Source: Chlamydiota bacterium | GTDB lineage: Bacteria > Chlamydiota > Chlamydiia > Chlamydiales > JAAKFQ01 | Reading direction: 5' to 3' | Assembly (NCBI GenBank): GCA_011064725.1 | Contig: JAAKFQ010000003.1 | Span: 1 to 61,315 of the forward strand | DNA: 61,315 nt | In this document: positions 9,043-18,109 of the stretch, piece after piece | Numbering within the stretch: position 1 is the stretch's first letter | How the letters are laid out: every line of letters begins with the position of its first letter | The notes under the pieces: model-generated | Databases searched by the model: none | The model's input: the letters and a program-made list of their open reading frames with translations, nothing else | Told to the model about the DNA's origin: nothing | Position numbers and translations under genes: made by a program

Positions 9043-10353
9043 ATGGCTACTGAAAAAAAGACTTTGTCTAACGAGCACATTTCGATTGACATTGAAACTC
9101 TACCTCAATGCAAAATAAAAATCAAAGGTACACTCAAACAAGCGGTTGTCAAAGACTGCTACAAAGATGCCACAAAAGAAATTAGCAAAAAGGTGGAGAT
9201 GCCAGGCTTTCGAAAAGGAAAAGTGCCTCCAGCGATGTTAGAGAAAAATTTCAAAAAAGACATGGTTGCAAAAACTAAGGAACTCGCTTTGCAAAAAACA
9301 CTTTTAGAAACTCTCATTTTATCCAAGTTGCATATTTTACAAACCCATCCAACCCTGCGCTCAAATTTTAAAGTTTTTGATGTAGAAAAAGATTGCACCT
9401 TTGAATTGGAGTTTCAAGTAGAGGCTGAAGTTCCAGACATTGATCTCAAAGATATTAAAATAAAAAAAACCAAAGAAGAAGCCATTACACAAACGCATAT
9501 CGATGACATGATCGAGCGTATGCAGCACTATTTTGCAGAATTTAAGGAAGTCAAACGTAAAATTAAGGAAAATGATTTTGTCGATTTAGATATTTATGAT
9601 GAAGAACAAAAACAAATGATCTTTAACGATAAACGTTTTCGCGTGAATAAAAAATCGATGGCACTTTGGATGTTTGATGCCCTAAAAGACAAAGAAGTTG
9701 GGCAAACTTTTGAACAAACAAGCACTTTGGATGTCGATGCACCAAAAGAAGTGAAAGACAAATTCAAACCCACAAAATGCAAAATTACCATCAAAAAAAT
9801 AGTGGAAGGAAGTTTTCCTGACGTAGATGAAGCGTTTGCAAAAAAGGTGGGGTCAAACAACGTCGAAGATTTACATAAAAATGCAAAAAAAATGCTTGAG
9901 CAACAATCCAAAGAAAAGGTCAAAGAGGAAGATCGCACAAGTTTGATTGAAGCGATTTTAAAAAAACATCCCTTTGAGATTCCAGAAGTGCTGCTAAGCA
10001 CGCAAAAAGAACTCCTTTTAAAAGAACTTGTGTCTCGTTTGTCGGATGCCAGAGCTTTAGACAAAGACATTATCGAAAGAAAAAAAGATCTTGAACATAC
10101 TGCAGAAATTCAAGCCAAAAAAATCATTCAAACGTATTTACTGACACAAAAAATTGCAAAAGAAGAGAAGATTGAAGTGTCACAAAATGAAATCATTTCT
10201 CATTTATTAAAAGTCATGCCACAGCAAGCTATGCAAATATTAAATGACCCCAATCAAACAGAAAAACGTGACGCAATGATTCAAGATACGGTGATTTACT
10301 TAACGCAAAACAAAGTTTTAGATCTTTTGATTGAAAAATTATCGAAGGATTAG
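9043..10353 (+). CDS. tig: trigger factor
   Basis: 436 aa. GFRKGKVP ribosome-binding signature. Conserved tig-clpP-clpX order. Confidence 0.85.
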   Translation: MATEKKTLSNEHISIDIETLPQCKIKIKGTLKQAVVKDCYKDATKEISKKVEMPGFRKGKVPPAMLEKNFKKDMVAKTKELALQKTLLETLILSKLHILQTHPTLRSNFKVFDVEKDCTFELEFQVEAEVPDIDLKDIKIKKTKEEAITQTHIDDMIERMQHYFAEFKEVKRKIKENDFVDLDIYDEEQKQMIFNDKRFRVNKKSMALWMFDALKDKEVGQTFEQTSTLDVDAPKEVKDKFKPTKCKITIKKIVEGSFPDVDEAFAKKVGSNNVEDLHKNAKKMLEQQSKEKVKEEDRTSLIEAILKKHPFEIPEVLLSTQKELLLKELVSRLSDARALDKDIIERKKDLEHTAEIQAKKIIQTYLLTQKIAKEEKIEVSQNEIISHLLKVMPQQAMQILNDPNQTEKRDAMIQDTVIYLTQNKVLDLLIEKLSKD

Positions 10354-10390
10354 GTATGCATAAAATAAGCGAATTAAACAAAGGATTTTT

Positions 10391-10996
10391 ATGAGTAGTA
10401 TTCCTTACGTGATTGAAGATACTGGACGTGGCGAGCGTTCCATGGATATTTATTCAAGATTATTACAAGATCGCATTATTTTCATTGGTCAAGAACTTTC
10501 AGATTCTCTAGCCAATGCTGTCATTGCGCAACTTCTTTTCTTAAAAACAGATGATCCCAAAAAAGATATCCATATCTATATCAACTCCCCTGGTGGTTAT
10601 TTGACAGCTGGATTTGCGATTTATGATACTCTGCGCTTTTTGGAATGCGACATCAACACTTATTGCATAGGATTTGCTGCGAGTGTATCTGCATTGATTT
10701 TATCTGCAGGTACAAAGGGCAAGCGTTTTGCTCTTCCTCATGCTCGTATCATGCTCCACCAACCTTCAGGTGGTGTGGGTGGAACATCTGCAGATATTGC
10801 TCTGCAAGCACAGGAAATTTTAAAATTAAAACAAATTTTAGCAAAAATGCTGAGCACATCAACAGGAAAACGTTTTGAAGATATTTTAGAGGATTCAGAA
10901 CGTGATTTTTATCTTGATGCTTTAGAGGCAAAAGAGTATGGTCTTATTGATAGTGTGATTGAAGCCTCAGCTAAAAGAGAAGTATTGAGCACATGA
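10391..10996 (+). CDS. clpP: ATP-dependent Clp protease proteolytic subunit (paralogue linked to clpX)
   Basis: [23 protein letters not shown] (Ser), MLHQPSGG (His), D in ERDFYLDA. 201 aa. Confidence 0.9.
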   Translation: MSSIPYVIEDTGRGERSMDIYSRLLQDRIIFIGQELSDSLANAVIAQLLFLKTDDPKKDIHIYINSPGGYLTAGFAIYDTLRFLECDINTYCIGFAASVSALILSAGTKGKRFALPHARIMLHQPSGGVGGTSADIALQAQEILKLKQILAKMLSTSTGKRFEDILEDSERDFYLDALEAKEYGLIDSVIEASAKREVLST

Positions 10997-12228
10997 ACCA
11001 AGAAAAACAGATTGTTTGTTCTTTTTGTGGACGGACTGAAAATGATGTAGAAAAGATCATTTCAGGACCTAATGCCTACATTTGCGACAAATGCATTCAT
11101 CTATGTTTAGGCATTATTGACAAAAAAGAGGTAAAAGCACATCCGGAACATGAACTCAAAATCTTAAAACCTAAAGAGATTAAAGAGAGGCTGGATGAAT
11201 ACATCATCGGCCAAGAAAAAGCCAAGCGGACCATTGCTGTTTCTGTATACAATCATTACAAACGTGTCCGCACAATTCAAAACAACCAAGAAGCAGAATA
11301 CAACAAATCCAATGTATTGCTTTTAGGTCCGACTGGATCTGGCAAAACATTGATTGCTAAAACTTTAGCAAATATTCTTTCTGTGCCTTTCACCATTGCA
11401 GATGCCACCACGCTTACAGAGGCAGGTTATGTGGGTGAAGATGTGGAAAATATAATTTTAAGACTTTTGCAAACCTGTGACTATAATGTGAAACAAGCAG
11501 AGCAAGGCATCATCTATATCGATGAAATTGATAAAATTGGCAAAACCACATCGAATGTATCTATCACACGCGATGTGTCTGGAGAAGGCGTCCAACAAGC
11601 ACTTTTAAAAATCTTAGAAGGTAGCCTATGCAATGTCCCCCCTAAAGGAGGACGCAAACATCCTCAACAAGAATATATCAAGGTCAATACAGAAAATATT
11701 CTCTTTATTGTGGGTGGAGCTTTTGTGAATTTGGACAAAATTATCGCAAAACGCCTTGGAAAAGGGACGATAGGTTTTACGTCTTCTTCTCATGAAGGGT
11801 ATAGCGAAAAAGAAAAAAACACGTTTCTTTCCAAAGTAGAACCCGAAGATTTAGTCCAATTTGGGCTCATTCCCGAATTTATTGGCCGTTTTAACTGTAT
11901 TGCCAGCTGCAATGAGCTTTCTATCAACGAGCTTGTCGATATTTTGATAAAGCCTAAAAATGCTGTTTTCAATCAATATTCAAAAATGTTTGAACAAGAA
12001 GGAGTTAAGCTCAATTTTAGTCAGGATGCCCTCGTTGCCATTGCAAAAAAGGCAAAAGAAGTAGGCACAGGAGCCAGAGCTTTGGGCATGATTGTAGAAG
12101 AAGTGTTACAAGACTTGATGTATGAGACTCCTTCCGATCCTAGCATCCGTGAAATTATCGTCGAAAAAGACCATGTCAAAAAGAATACTCCTCCCATTGT
12201 CATCAGAGACAAAAAAGAAGTTATTTAA
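10993..12228 (+). CDS. clpX: ATP-dependent Clp protease ATP-binding subunit ClpX
   Basis: N-terminal zinc finger CSFCGR..CDKC, Walker A GPTGSGKT, Walker [10 protein letters not shown]. The ATGA start overlaps the clpP stop. Confidence 0.95.
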   Translation: MNQEKQIVCSFCGRTENDVEKIISGPNAYICDKCIHLCLGIIDKKEVKAHPEHELKILKPKEIKERLDEYIIGQEKAKRTIAVSVYNHYKRVRTIQNNQEAEYNKSNVLLLGPTGSGKTLIAKTLANILSVPFTIADATTLTEAGYVGEDVENIILRLLQTCDYNVKQAEQGIIYIDEIDKIGKTTSNVSITRDVSGEGVQQALLKILEGSLCNVPPKGGRKHPQQEYIKVNTENILFIVGGAFVNLDKIIAKRLGKGTIGFTSSSHEGYSEKEKNTFLSKVEPEDLVQFGLIPEFIGRFNCIASCNELSINELVDILIKPKNAVFNQYSKMFEQEGVKLNFSQDALVAIAKKAKEVGTGARALGMIVEEVLQDLMYETPSDPSIREIIVEKDHVKKNTPPIVIRDKKEVI

Positions 12229-12232
12229 TATC

Positions 12233-12565
12233 AACCTGAGTTTCTAAGTTTATTTCATTCATTTTCAGTGAGATAACTCTTTCTTCTCTTAGCTTTACCT
12301 TAAGAACTGATGTTACGCGATAAATCCAGTTTAGAGGAAGAGCGAAAGGAATGAGATACAAGTATTACTCAGAAGTTCAACTCCGTGAGAGTTGGGCGAG
12401 GAATAATACGATGTAGATCGTTCCTTGCAGCCTTTCTATAAGCTGGAGTGAGTAGCGTAAGGTCAGTTAAGAATAGCCTTTTGACCATTCCCTGCGGTAA
12501 AAATCCCAAGAATTTAAGAGTAATCTCCTCGTGATACTAAATAAACTAAACCCAAAACTCAGGTT
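12233..12565 (+). mobile_element. family A element, copy A3, interrupted by a family B element
   Basis: Left part 12233-12304 and right part 12469-12565 together reconstitute a full A element. ATC lies on both outer flanks. Begins 4 nt after the clpX stop. Confidence 0.7.
12305..12468 (+). mobile_element. family B element, copy B2, nested inside A3 (164 bp)
   Basis: aactgatgttacgc...gcgtaaggtcagtt. AAG is directly duplicated at both junctions (ccttAAG|aactga ... gtcagtt|AAGaatagcc). Confidence 0.7.
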
Positions 12566-12621
12566 ATCAATCATTTACATAATTTTTGTCAAAAAGTGCC
12601 TTTTTTAGGTATAGGAAAGGT

Positions 12622-13056
12622 ATGAAAGAAGAAAAGATCTTAAGGCAATTCGACGAGCTTTTAAAACATTCTAAGGATACTGATGTCTTACACTTAGAAG
12701 AGACTGTCCATGAATTGATCAAAATTTTCATGCAAATCAAAGACCAGCTAGAATCAGATGATTTAGAGGTAAGAAAAGAAGCTGTCAAAAATCTCAATCT
12801 TTTGCAAAAAAAGCTCAAAGAGCAGGCCGATTTTGCAGTCAAAGAGACTGGGCTTTCTCAAGATGAACTCAAAGAATACATGAATACATCTAAGAACTTT
12901 TCTGAAGATGAGTGGAAAGCCATCCAAGAAGCCCAAAAAGAGCTCAAAGATTATGAAAAGCAGCTTGTCCAACCCTCCTCATCCCCCGTTAAGCAAGAAA
13001 AGAAAGATAAGAAGGGTAAAAAGGGCCCTCCCAAGTCTAAGTGGATTACGGGATAA
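12622..13056 (+). CDS. hypothetical coiled-coil protein with a Lys-rich tail (144 aa from ATG 12622)
   Basis: ATG preceded by aggaaagg. The track ORF starts at TTG 12586. Charged helical sequence, C-terminal KKDKKGKKGPPKSK. Confidence 0.5.
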   Translation: MKEEKILRQFDELLKHSKDTDVLHLEETVHELIKIFMQIKDQLESDDLEVRKEAVKNLNLLQKKLKEQADFAVKETGLSQDELKEYMNTSKNFSEDEWKAIQEAQKELKDYEKQLVQPSSSPVKQEKKDKKGKKGPPKSKWITG

Positions 13057-13300
13057 TTGAAGCCTTATATACCAAATATTCCCTTCACTCAAAAGCACAG
13101 GCAAATCAAGCTAGTTCCTTAAAAACCAGTGGTTTATGTAAAAAACCCTTTTGTTCATAAATAATTGAAAATAAATAGCTTACACAAAAAAACCCCTTGA
13201 ACAGCCAAAGCCAAAATTAATATGATTTTAATTTCCAGCACTTAAATACCTGCACGACAGCCTGTTAAACCACTAATTGCCCTATTTTCAATAAAAAACT

Positions 13301-13334
13301 ATATCCCTGTGTGCTATAATATAACTAGGGATAT
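13301..13334 (+). promoter_or_regulatory. candidate promoter (extended -10) bracketed by an 8-bp inverted repeat
   Basis: ATATCCCT (13301-13308) ... TGcTATAAT (13312-13320) ... AGGGATAT (13327-13334). About 100 nt upstream of the first gene of the five-gene operon. Confidence 0.35.
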
Positions 13335-13422
13335 TATAACTATTTTAAATTAACATATAAACCTGTCCTTTAAAAGGCTCTTTTTATTGAAGGGACAGAC
13401 TAATAACCAAGGGGTAAAATAT

Positions 13423-15042
13423 ATGAATTCTAATCAAAGCCAAGCAGCTCTATATGACAAATTTGCTGGTAATAGCACATTTGCCCAATTAGAGCAGATT
13501 GTTCAAGAGCGTAATAACGCTGTGACCAATCATAAAAAGAACGATAATACAAATGCGTATTCGCTGTCTAAGGCTTCTGAATCTCTTGCCAAAATGGCAG
13601 AAAATGGCACTAATGTAAAAGGAAAATTAGGAGCAGGAGCACCTACAACAGGCGCTTCAAATCCAGGTGGTTCTTCAACTCCTGGAGTCGGTTCCGGCAA
13701 TCCAAATGTCGGCGCAGGCCCATCTCAAGGTTCTCAAGGCTCATCTTCTCAATCCCCTACATACGGCGGAAGTAATGCATCACAAAACACACCTAATAAC
13801 TGGCCCGATCTTGGAAATGGACCAAATGACCAATATGATATGGCGATGTACAACTACTTTATGCAATCTATGTCAGGCGGAATGGATAACCCGAACTCTA
13901 TTATCTACTTCTTAGAAGCGTTAGCTAAAATGATGTCAAGTGGAGATGCAGGAGAGCAGGCTCACTTAGCTGCTTTTACAAAAGCGCTTTGTGGTGCTAC
14001 AACCACAGATCCTATCACAGGAAAAGGATCTATGTCTTATGCAAAAGCGATTGCAATGGTATTAACACTCGTAGATCTTTATGACAAAAAAAGTGGTGGA
14101 AGCCAAGACTTTTTAGGTCAATTAAAATCCCAATTAGCAGCTGGTGGATCTAATCCATTCATCGCACAAATCTTAAGTGCTTTAAATAATCCTGGAGATA
14201 TCCAAAAAGAAATTCAAAACACTTATGGCATTAATATTAATAATCTCGATAAAGATGGTCTTAGTACACTCAAAACTATCCTAAGCTTTGCAACAGAAGC
14301 TCTTGCGATTAACTCAACCGGTCTAGATAAAGCAGGCGCTGCTTATAAAGCTTCTTATATGGCTATGTTAAGACAACGCGCTATTCAAAAAGAATTTGCT
14401 AAAATGGAAGGTAAAGGTGCAAATGCATTAGACATGATGCAATTCTTACTAGGAGCTATTTGTGGGGGTATTGATAACCAAATTTCCTCATACCAAGTCT
14501 CTATCGGAGCGCTTTCTGGTCCAGGTCAAGCTATTGGTGGTCTAAAAGGAGATTTAGCACCTGATCCAACAGCTTATGACAACACAACCGACGCTCAAAC
14601 AAAAGCAAAAGACATCGCCAAATGGGTAAAACAATTAGAGCTTTATGCAAACAATCCTATTTTAAAAAAGAACGGTATTGCAACTTCTATTAATGATTTC
14701 TTGGCTAAATTGGATAAAATCTCTGACGGGAAAGTGACACTCAAAGACATCGTTGATGGAAAAACAACAGCAGCGCAAGACAAAACCTTTTTCCAATGGC
14801 TCATGACACCTCAAAGCGATGGTAGTGGTGAGGGTGGTTCTGAAAAAATGAACTCTGTATTGCAAGATGCAATCAATGATGCTGGGATTCCAGAACAACA
14901 GATCAGTTCACAAAACGATTTGGAAAAAACACTCTTTACAAATGCTAACCAACAAGCCTCTCAGAACCTTTCTGCAGCAGGTGGTGTGATTAAAGATTTA
15001 ATGAAACTATTTTCATTAATGGTACAAAACCAAAAATCATAA
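13423..15042 (+). CDS. hypothetical secreted-protein candidate (539 aa) with a Gly/Ser/Pro/Asn-rich low-complexity region
   Basis: ATG 13423 with AAGGGG 8 nt upstream (track start TTG 13387). No signal peptide. Low-complexity block GAGAPTTGASNPGGSSTPGVGSGNPNVGAGPSQGSQGSSSQSP. First gene of the operon. Confidence 0.7.
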   Translation: MNSNQSQAALYDKFAGNSTFAQLEQIVQERNNAVTNHKKNDNTNAYSLSKASESLAKMAENGTNVKGKLGAGAPTTGASNPGGSSTPGVGSGNPNVGAGPSQGSQGSSSQSPTYGGSNASQNTPNNWPDLGNGPNDQYDMAMYNYFMQSMSGGMDNPNSIIYFLEALAKMMSSGDAGEQAHLAAFTKALCGATTTDPITGKGSMSYAKAIAMVLTLVDLYDKKSGGSQDFLGQLKSQLAAGGSNPFIAQILSALNNPGDIQKEIQNTYGININNLDKDGLSTLKTILSFATEALAINSTGLDKAGAAYKASYMAMLRQRAIQKEFAKMEGKGANALDMMQFLLGAICGGIDNQISSYQVSIGALSGPGQAIGGLKGDLAPDPTAYDNTTDAQTKAKDIAKWVKQLELYANNPILKKNGIATSINDFLAKLDKISDGKVTLKDIVDGKTTAAQDKTFFQWLMTPQSDGSGEGGSEKMNSVLQDAINDAGIPEQQISSQNDLEKTLFTNANQQASQNLSAAGGVIKDLMKLFSLMVQNQKS

Positions 15043-15072
15043 GTTAAACAACTTATAAAAGGAGAAAAAATT

Positions 15073-15552
15073 ATGTCAAACGCAAGCCCAATTGCAGCAG
15101 GTTTTAAGGAAGACCTTAATCACTCTCAGCTGCAAGCAACGATTGTCAGTATGGCAATGCAATGGAATAAAATGGAAGGTGATATCATCAAGGGAAATGC
15201 AATTTGTACACAAATGTTAAACAAGTTTGCAGAAAGAATTACTGCTGATATGAACAGAAAGTTCAACATTGATATCATCAACCTTAAAACTCTAGACAGG
15301 TATAACCCTAAGAGTAAAAACTACAGCCCCGAAGAAGTGCAAAAAAATATTGGTATTATGATGGCTGAAATCAATAAGTTGCAATCTGTTGCACAAAGTA
15401 ACGTGCAAACTGTGACTGGTATTTCTGATGATACAAGTAACAAAGTAAAACAAGATATCTCTTCTGCACAGTCATTAATTACATCAGCTTCAACAATTGA
15501 TACCACTGTATATCAAGCAGCTCAGCAAGCCGCTAACGGTATTTCAGCTTAA
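15073..15552 (+). CDS. small helical protein (159 aa), paralogue of the next gene; EspA/SseB-like candidate
   Basis: Strong RBS AAGGAGAAAAAAtt-ATG. Shares the blocks ..MQWNKMEGDIIKGNA.. and ..VQTVTGISDDTSNKV.. with the next ORF. Confidence 0.7.
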   Translation: MSNASPIAAGFKEDLNHSQLQATIVSMAMQWNKMEGDIIKGNAICTQMLNKFAERITADMNRKFNIDIINLKTLDRYNPKSKNYSPEEVQKNIGIMMAEINKLQSVAQSNVQTVTGISDDTSNKVKQDISSAQSLITSASTIDTTVYQAAQQAANGISA

Positions 15553-15570
15553 AGAAACAAGGAGAAAAAA

Positions 15571-16182
15571 ATGATCGAAAGTATTCAAACTAGTACACCT
15601 CAGATAGATGCCAAAACTGCTGGCACAGACCCTGCGGCTTCTGGAGATAAAACTGCAGGCGCAGGCCCTAATGCTGTTGGTTTTATCTTGCATGGAGCTC
15701 TCTATTCTGTTCTTTTAGCTGTGATTGAAAGCTATCAACCTGCCCAAACAGATATTATTGAAGGGGATGCGCTTGCATCTGCAGGCTTTAATAATATGGT
15801 AGCACGGCTTGGCAAAGATAAGGTAAGTGCAACAGAAAAACTAGAATATGCAGGCGCAGATGGTAAAGGAACTATGACTAACCCAGCAAAAGGAACTCTG
15901 CTTTATGAATTTCTACATTATCCTACTGGAGGAACAGATAAACAAAAAATGGACAGCAACAAGCAAATTTCTGAACTGCAAGCTCAGATTAGAGAAGTGA
16001 AATCCATGTTTGATTCCAGCATTTCACAAGTACAAGGGGTGGCTACAGATTCAGAAAATAAGATGGCAAGCGCCTTTTCTGCCACAACCCAAACATATAA
16101 AAATTTACAAGTGATGCTAAATGGACCTATTGCAACCGCAGAAAACCTCATTCCTACATTAGGATCCCCAGTATCTAATTAA
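15571..16182 (+). CDS. small helical protein (203 aa); EspA/SseB-like filament/sheath candidate
   Basis: RBS AAGGAGAAAAAA-ATG. Hydrophobic stretch VGFILHGALYSVLLAVIESYQPAQTDIIEGDA, which recalls my memory of EspA ..AAILMFAYMYQAQSDLSIAKFA... C-terminal heptad-like region. Confidence 0.7.
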   Translation: MIESIQTSTPQIDAKTAGTDPAASGDKTAGAGPNAVGFILHGALYSVLLAVIESYQPAQTDIIEGDALASAGFNNMVARLGKDKVSATEKLEYAGADGKGTMTNPAKGTLLYEFLHYPTGGTDKQKMDSNKQISELQAQIREVKSMFDSSISQVQGVATDSENKMASAFSATTQTYKNLQVMLNGPIATAENLIPTLGSPVSN

Positions 16183-16205
16183 AAAAGAAAAAAAAGGAAA
16201 AAAAT

Positions 16206-18080
16206 ATGTCACACACAACCCCAACTCTACCAGTTAAGCCTAATCCCTCAGTAAATGGATCATTTTTCACTACCAGTACTGGAAAAAAAGGCAAAAATAA
16301 AATATTAGAAGATATGCAAGAACAAACAATGCTTGCAGAAGATAAATCAACACAAAATCAAGAAGAGGCACAAAAAAGCTCTTCTAAAGCAACCATGAGA
16401 ATGTTGAGTGCTGATGAAACTTTAAGAAATGCCAAATTAGATAGCGTACAAACATCTAAATTATTAGAAGATCAGCTCAATTTGGATCAACTATTAAGCG
16501 CATTAAAAGTGCCTAAACAAGCTCAAGCTCAAGTCAAAGAGCTTTTGAGCAATCCCGAAAAATTGGCACAAGCACTTAAAGGATTTAAAATGCCTTCAAT
16601 TCCAGCAGATTCTAAAACATTAAAGGCGGGTCAAGCTCTTAGTAAAAAAGCTGTAGAAGATCCAGAAGGCACACTCAAAAGTCTTGGAATTACAATCGAT
16701 TCTAAAACGCTTCAAAAAACCACAAAAGACTTGATGGAAATCTTGCAAATGGCTTTCAAAGCTCTTGCAGATGCCCTCGTTGTAACCTCAAAAGCAAGTA
16801 ACCAACTTGCAACCCTTGACCAAGTCCAACAAAAAGACCATGTCAAATATTTACAATCTATTTTAGCAGATATCACAAAAACAGGTTCTAAAGCGGTCGC
16901 AGATGCTAAAAAAGCAAAATTTTGGGACACCTTTAAAAAAGTCGCAAGTGCTGTTGCCGGTGGATTGATGCTCTTTATTGGCGCTGTATTATGTTGCATC
17001 CCCGGTGCTGAAGTTTTCGGTGTTGCTCTGCTTTTAGCTGGCGTAGTCACCATCGGTATGGGATGTTTTGGTGATGCTATTTCTAAAGGAATTGATAATG
17101 CATGTGATAAAATTCAAAATCCTAAATTAAGAGAAGCTGCAAAAATTGCTGCCAAAGCTACAATTGCTATTTTAGTTACTCTTGCCGCAGTTGCACTCAT
17201 CATCGCAACAGGCGGAACAGCTACTCCTATCGTTGTTGCAGCCGCAGCTGCTGGCATCGGATCTCTTGTCGGAACCTTTGCAGGTCTTGGTGGAACCAGC
17301 GATTCCCTAGAACTCTACAACGATATTAAATATAACACAGATATGGAAAATACAGCTCTTGGCGCTTCAAAAACAAAAGAAGTGCAAAAAGAACAAAAAA
17401 TCATGAACGATATTGTCCTTGCAATCACCATTGTTTCTGCTGTGATATCTTTAGGAGCATCTCTTTCCAGCCTCAGCAGCGTTGGAAGTGCATTAAAAAA
17501 TATCGGAAGTGCAATGAAGAATGCTGGAAGTGCATTAAAGAATTCTTTTTCAGTTATTGATGAATCAGCATTAAGTATCGCACTTCAAGAAGCCCTTGCA
17601 GACTTTGCACAAGATCTCGGAAGTGCAGGTAGCAGCGCTTCTAAAGCCGCAACTAGTGCTGTTTCTAGCAGTGAAAATGCTGCAGCTAACGCCATAAAAA
17701 ACTTCTTTACAAAAGTCTTCTCAAAAATACGTCCCAGCTCGCTAACTGCTTCAACAAGTCTATCTAAATACGCAACTACGCTCTATTTACTTTCACAAGG
17801 CTCTCAAGCGCTCGAACAAACTGCACAGGGCTCAGTTTCTTTCGCACAAGCTCGTAAATTAGAAGAAGAAGCTATAGCAACACTGACTGCTGGTATGTTA
17901 CAAACTAACTTCCAATACTCTACTAATGCCCTCGATATTGGAACACAAATGGTGAAACAAGATGAAACCTCAAGACAGGCCCAAACCACACAACGTGTGA
18001 CACAAGAACATGTTCGTGAAGATGAAATGCAAGAAGCAATGAAACAAATCGCAGCACTCCAAGAACAGATAGAGGCTTAA
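16206..18080 (+). CDS. large hydrophobic translocator-like protein (624 aa; YopB/EspD/SseC/CopB-like architecture)
   Basis: No signal peptide. Helical charged flanks around hydrophobic blocks at nt 16941-17070 and 17140-17297, plus a third at ~17400-17480. C-terminal coiled coil. Confidence 0.7.
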   Translation: MSHTTPTLPVKPNPSVNGSFFTTSTGKKGKNKILEDMQEQTMLAEDKSTQNQEEAQKSSSKATMRMLSADETLRNAKLDSVQTSKLLEDQLNLDQLLSALKVPKQAQAQVKELLSNPEKLAQALKGFKMPSIPADSKTLKAGQALSKKAVEDPEGTLKSLGITIDSKTLQKTTKDLMEILQMAFKALADALVVTSKASNQLATLDQVQQKDHVKYLQSILADITKTGSKAVADAKKAKFWDTFKKVASAVAGGLMLFIGAVLCCIPGAEVFGVALLLAGVVTIGMGCFGDAISKGIDNACDKIQNPKLREAAKIAAKATIAILVTLAAVALIIATGGTATPIVVAAAAAGIGSLVGTFAGLGGTSDSLELYNDIKYNTDMENTALGASKTKEVQKEQKIMNDIVLAITIVSAVISLGASLSSLSSVGSALKNIGSAMKNAGSALKNSFSVIDESALSIALQEALADFAQDLGSAGSSASKAATSAVSSSENAAANAIKNFFTKVFSKIRPSSLTASTSLSKYATTLYLLSQGSQALEQTAQGSVSFAQARKLEEEAIATLTAGMLQTNFQYSTNALDIGTQMVKQDETSRQAQTTQRVTQEHVREDEMQEAMKQIAALQEQIEA

Positions 18081-18109
18081 AAAGATTTAAAAAATTAAAG
18101 GAGAAAAAA

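Noticed and set aside
13124-13134. Palindrome AACCA-g-TGGTT in the leader of the five-gene operon, reminiscent of the AACCAC-TCT-GTGGTT repeats at 48.8-49.0 kb
   Set aside because: The half-site spacing differs (1 nt versus 5 nt between AACCA and TGGTT), so the same dimeric protein is unlikely to bind both. It is a single occurrence.
13387-13422. Upstream non-ATG starts proposed by the ORF track (TTG 13387, TTG 47598, TTG 36025, GTG 57067, TTG 29351, TTG 27639, TTG 12586)
   Set aside because: In each case an in-frame ATG a few codons downstream has a better-placed purine-rich RBS and/or gives the canonical protein N-terminus. TTG 47598 coincides with a -35 hexamer. These remain uncertain without experimental data.
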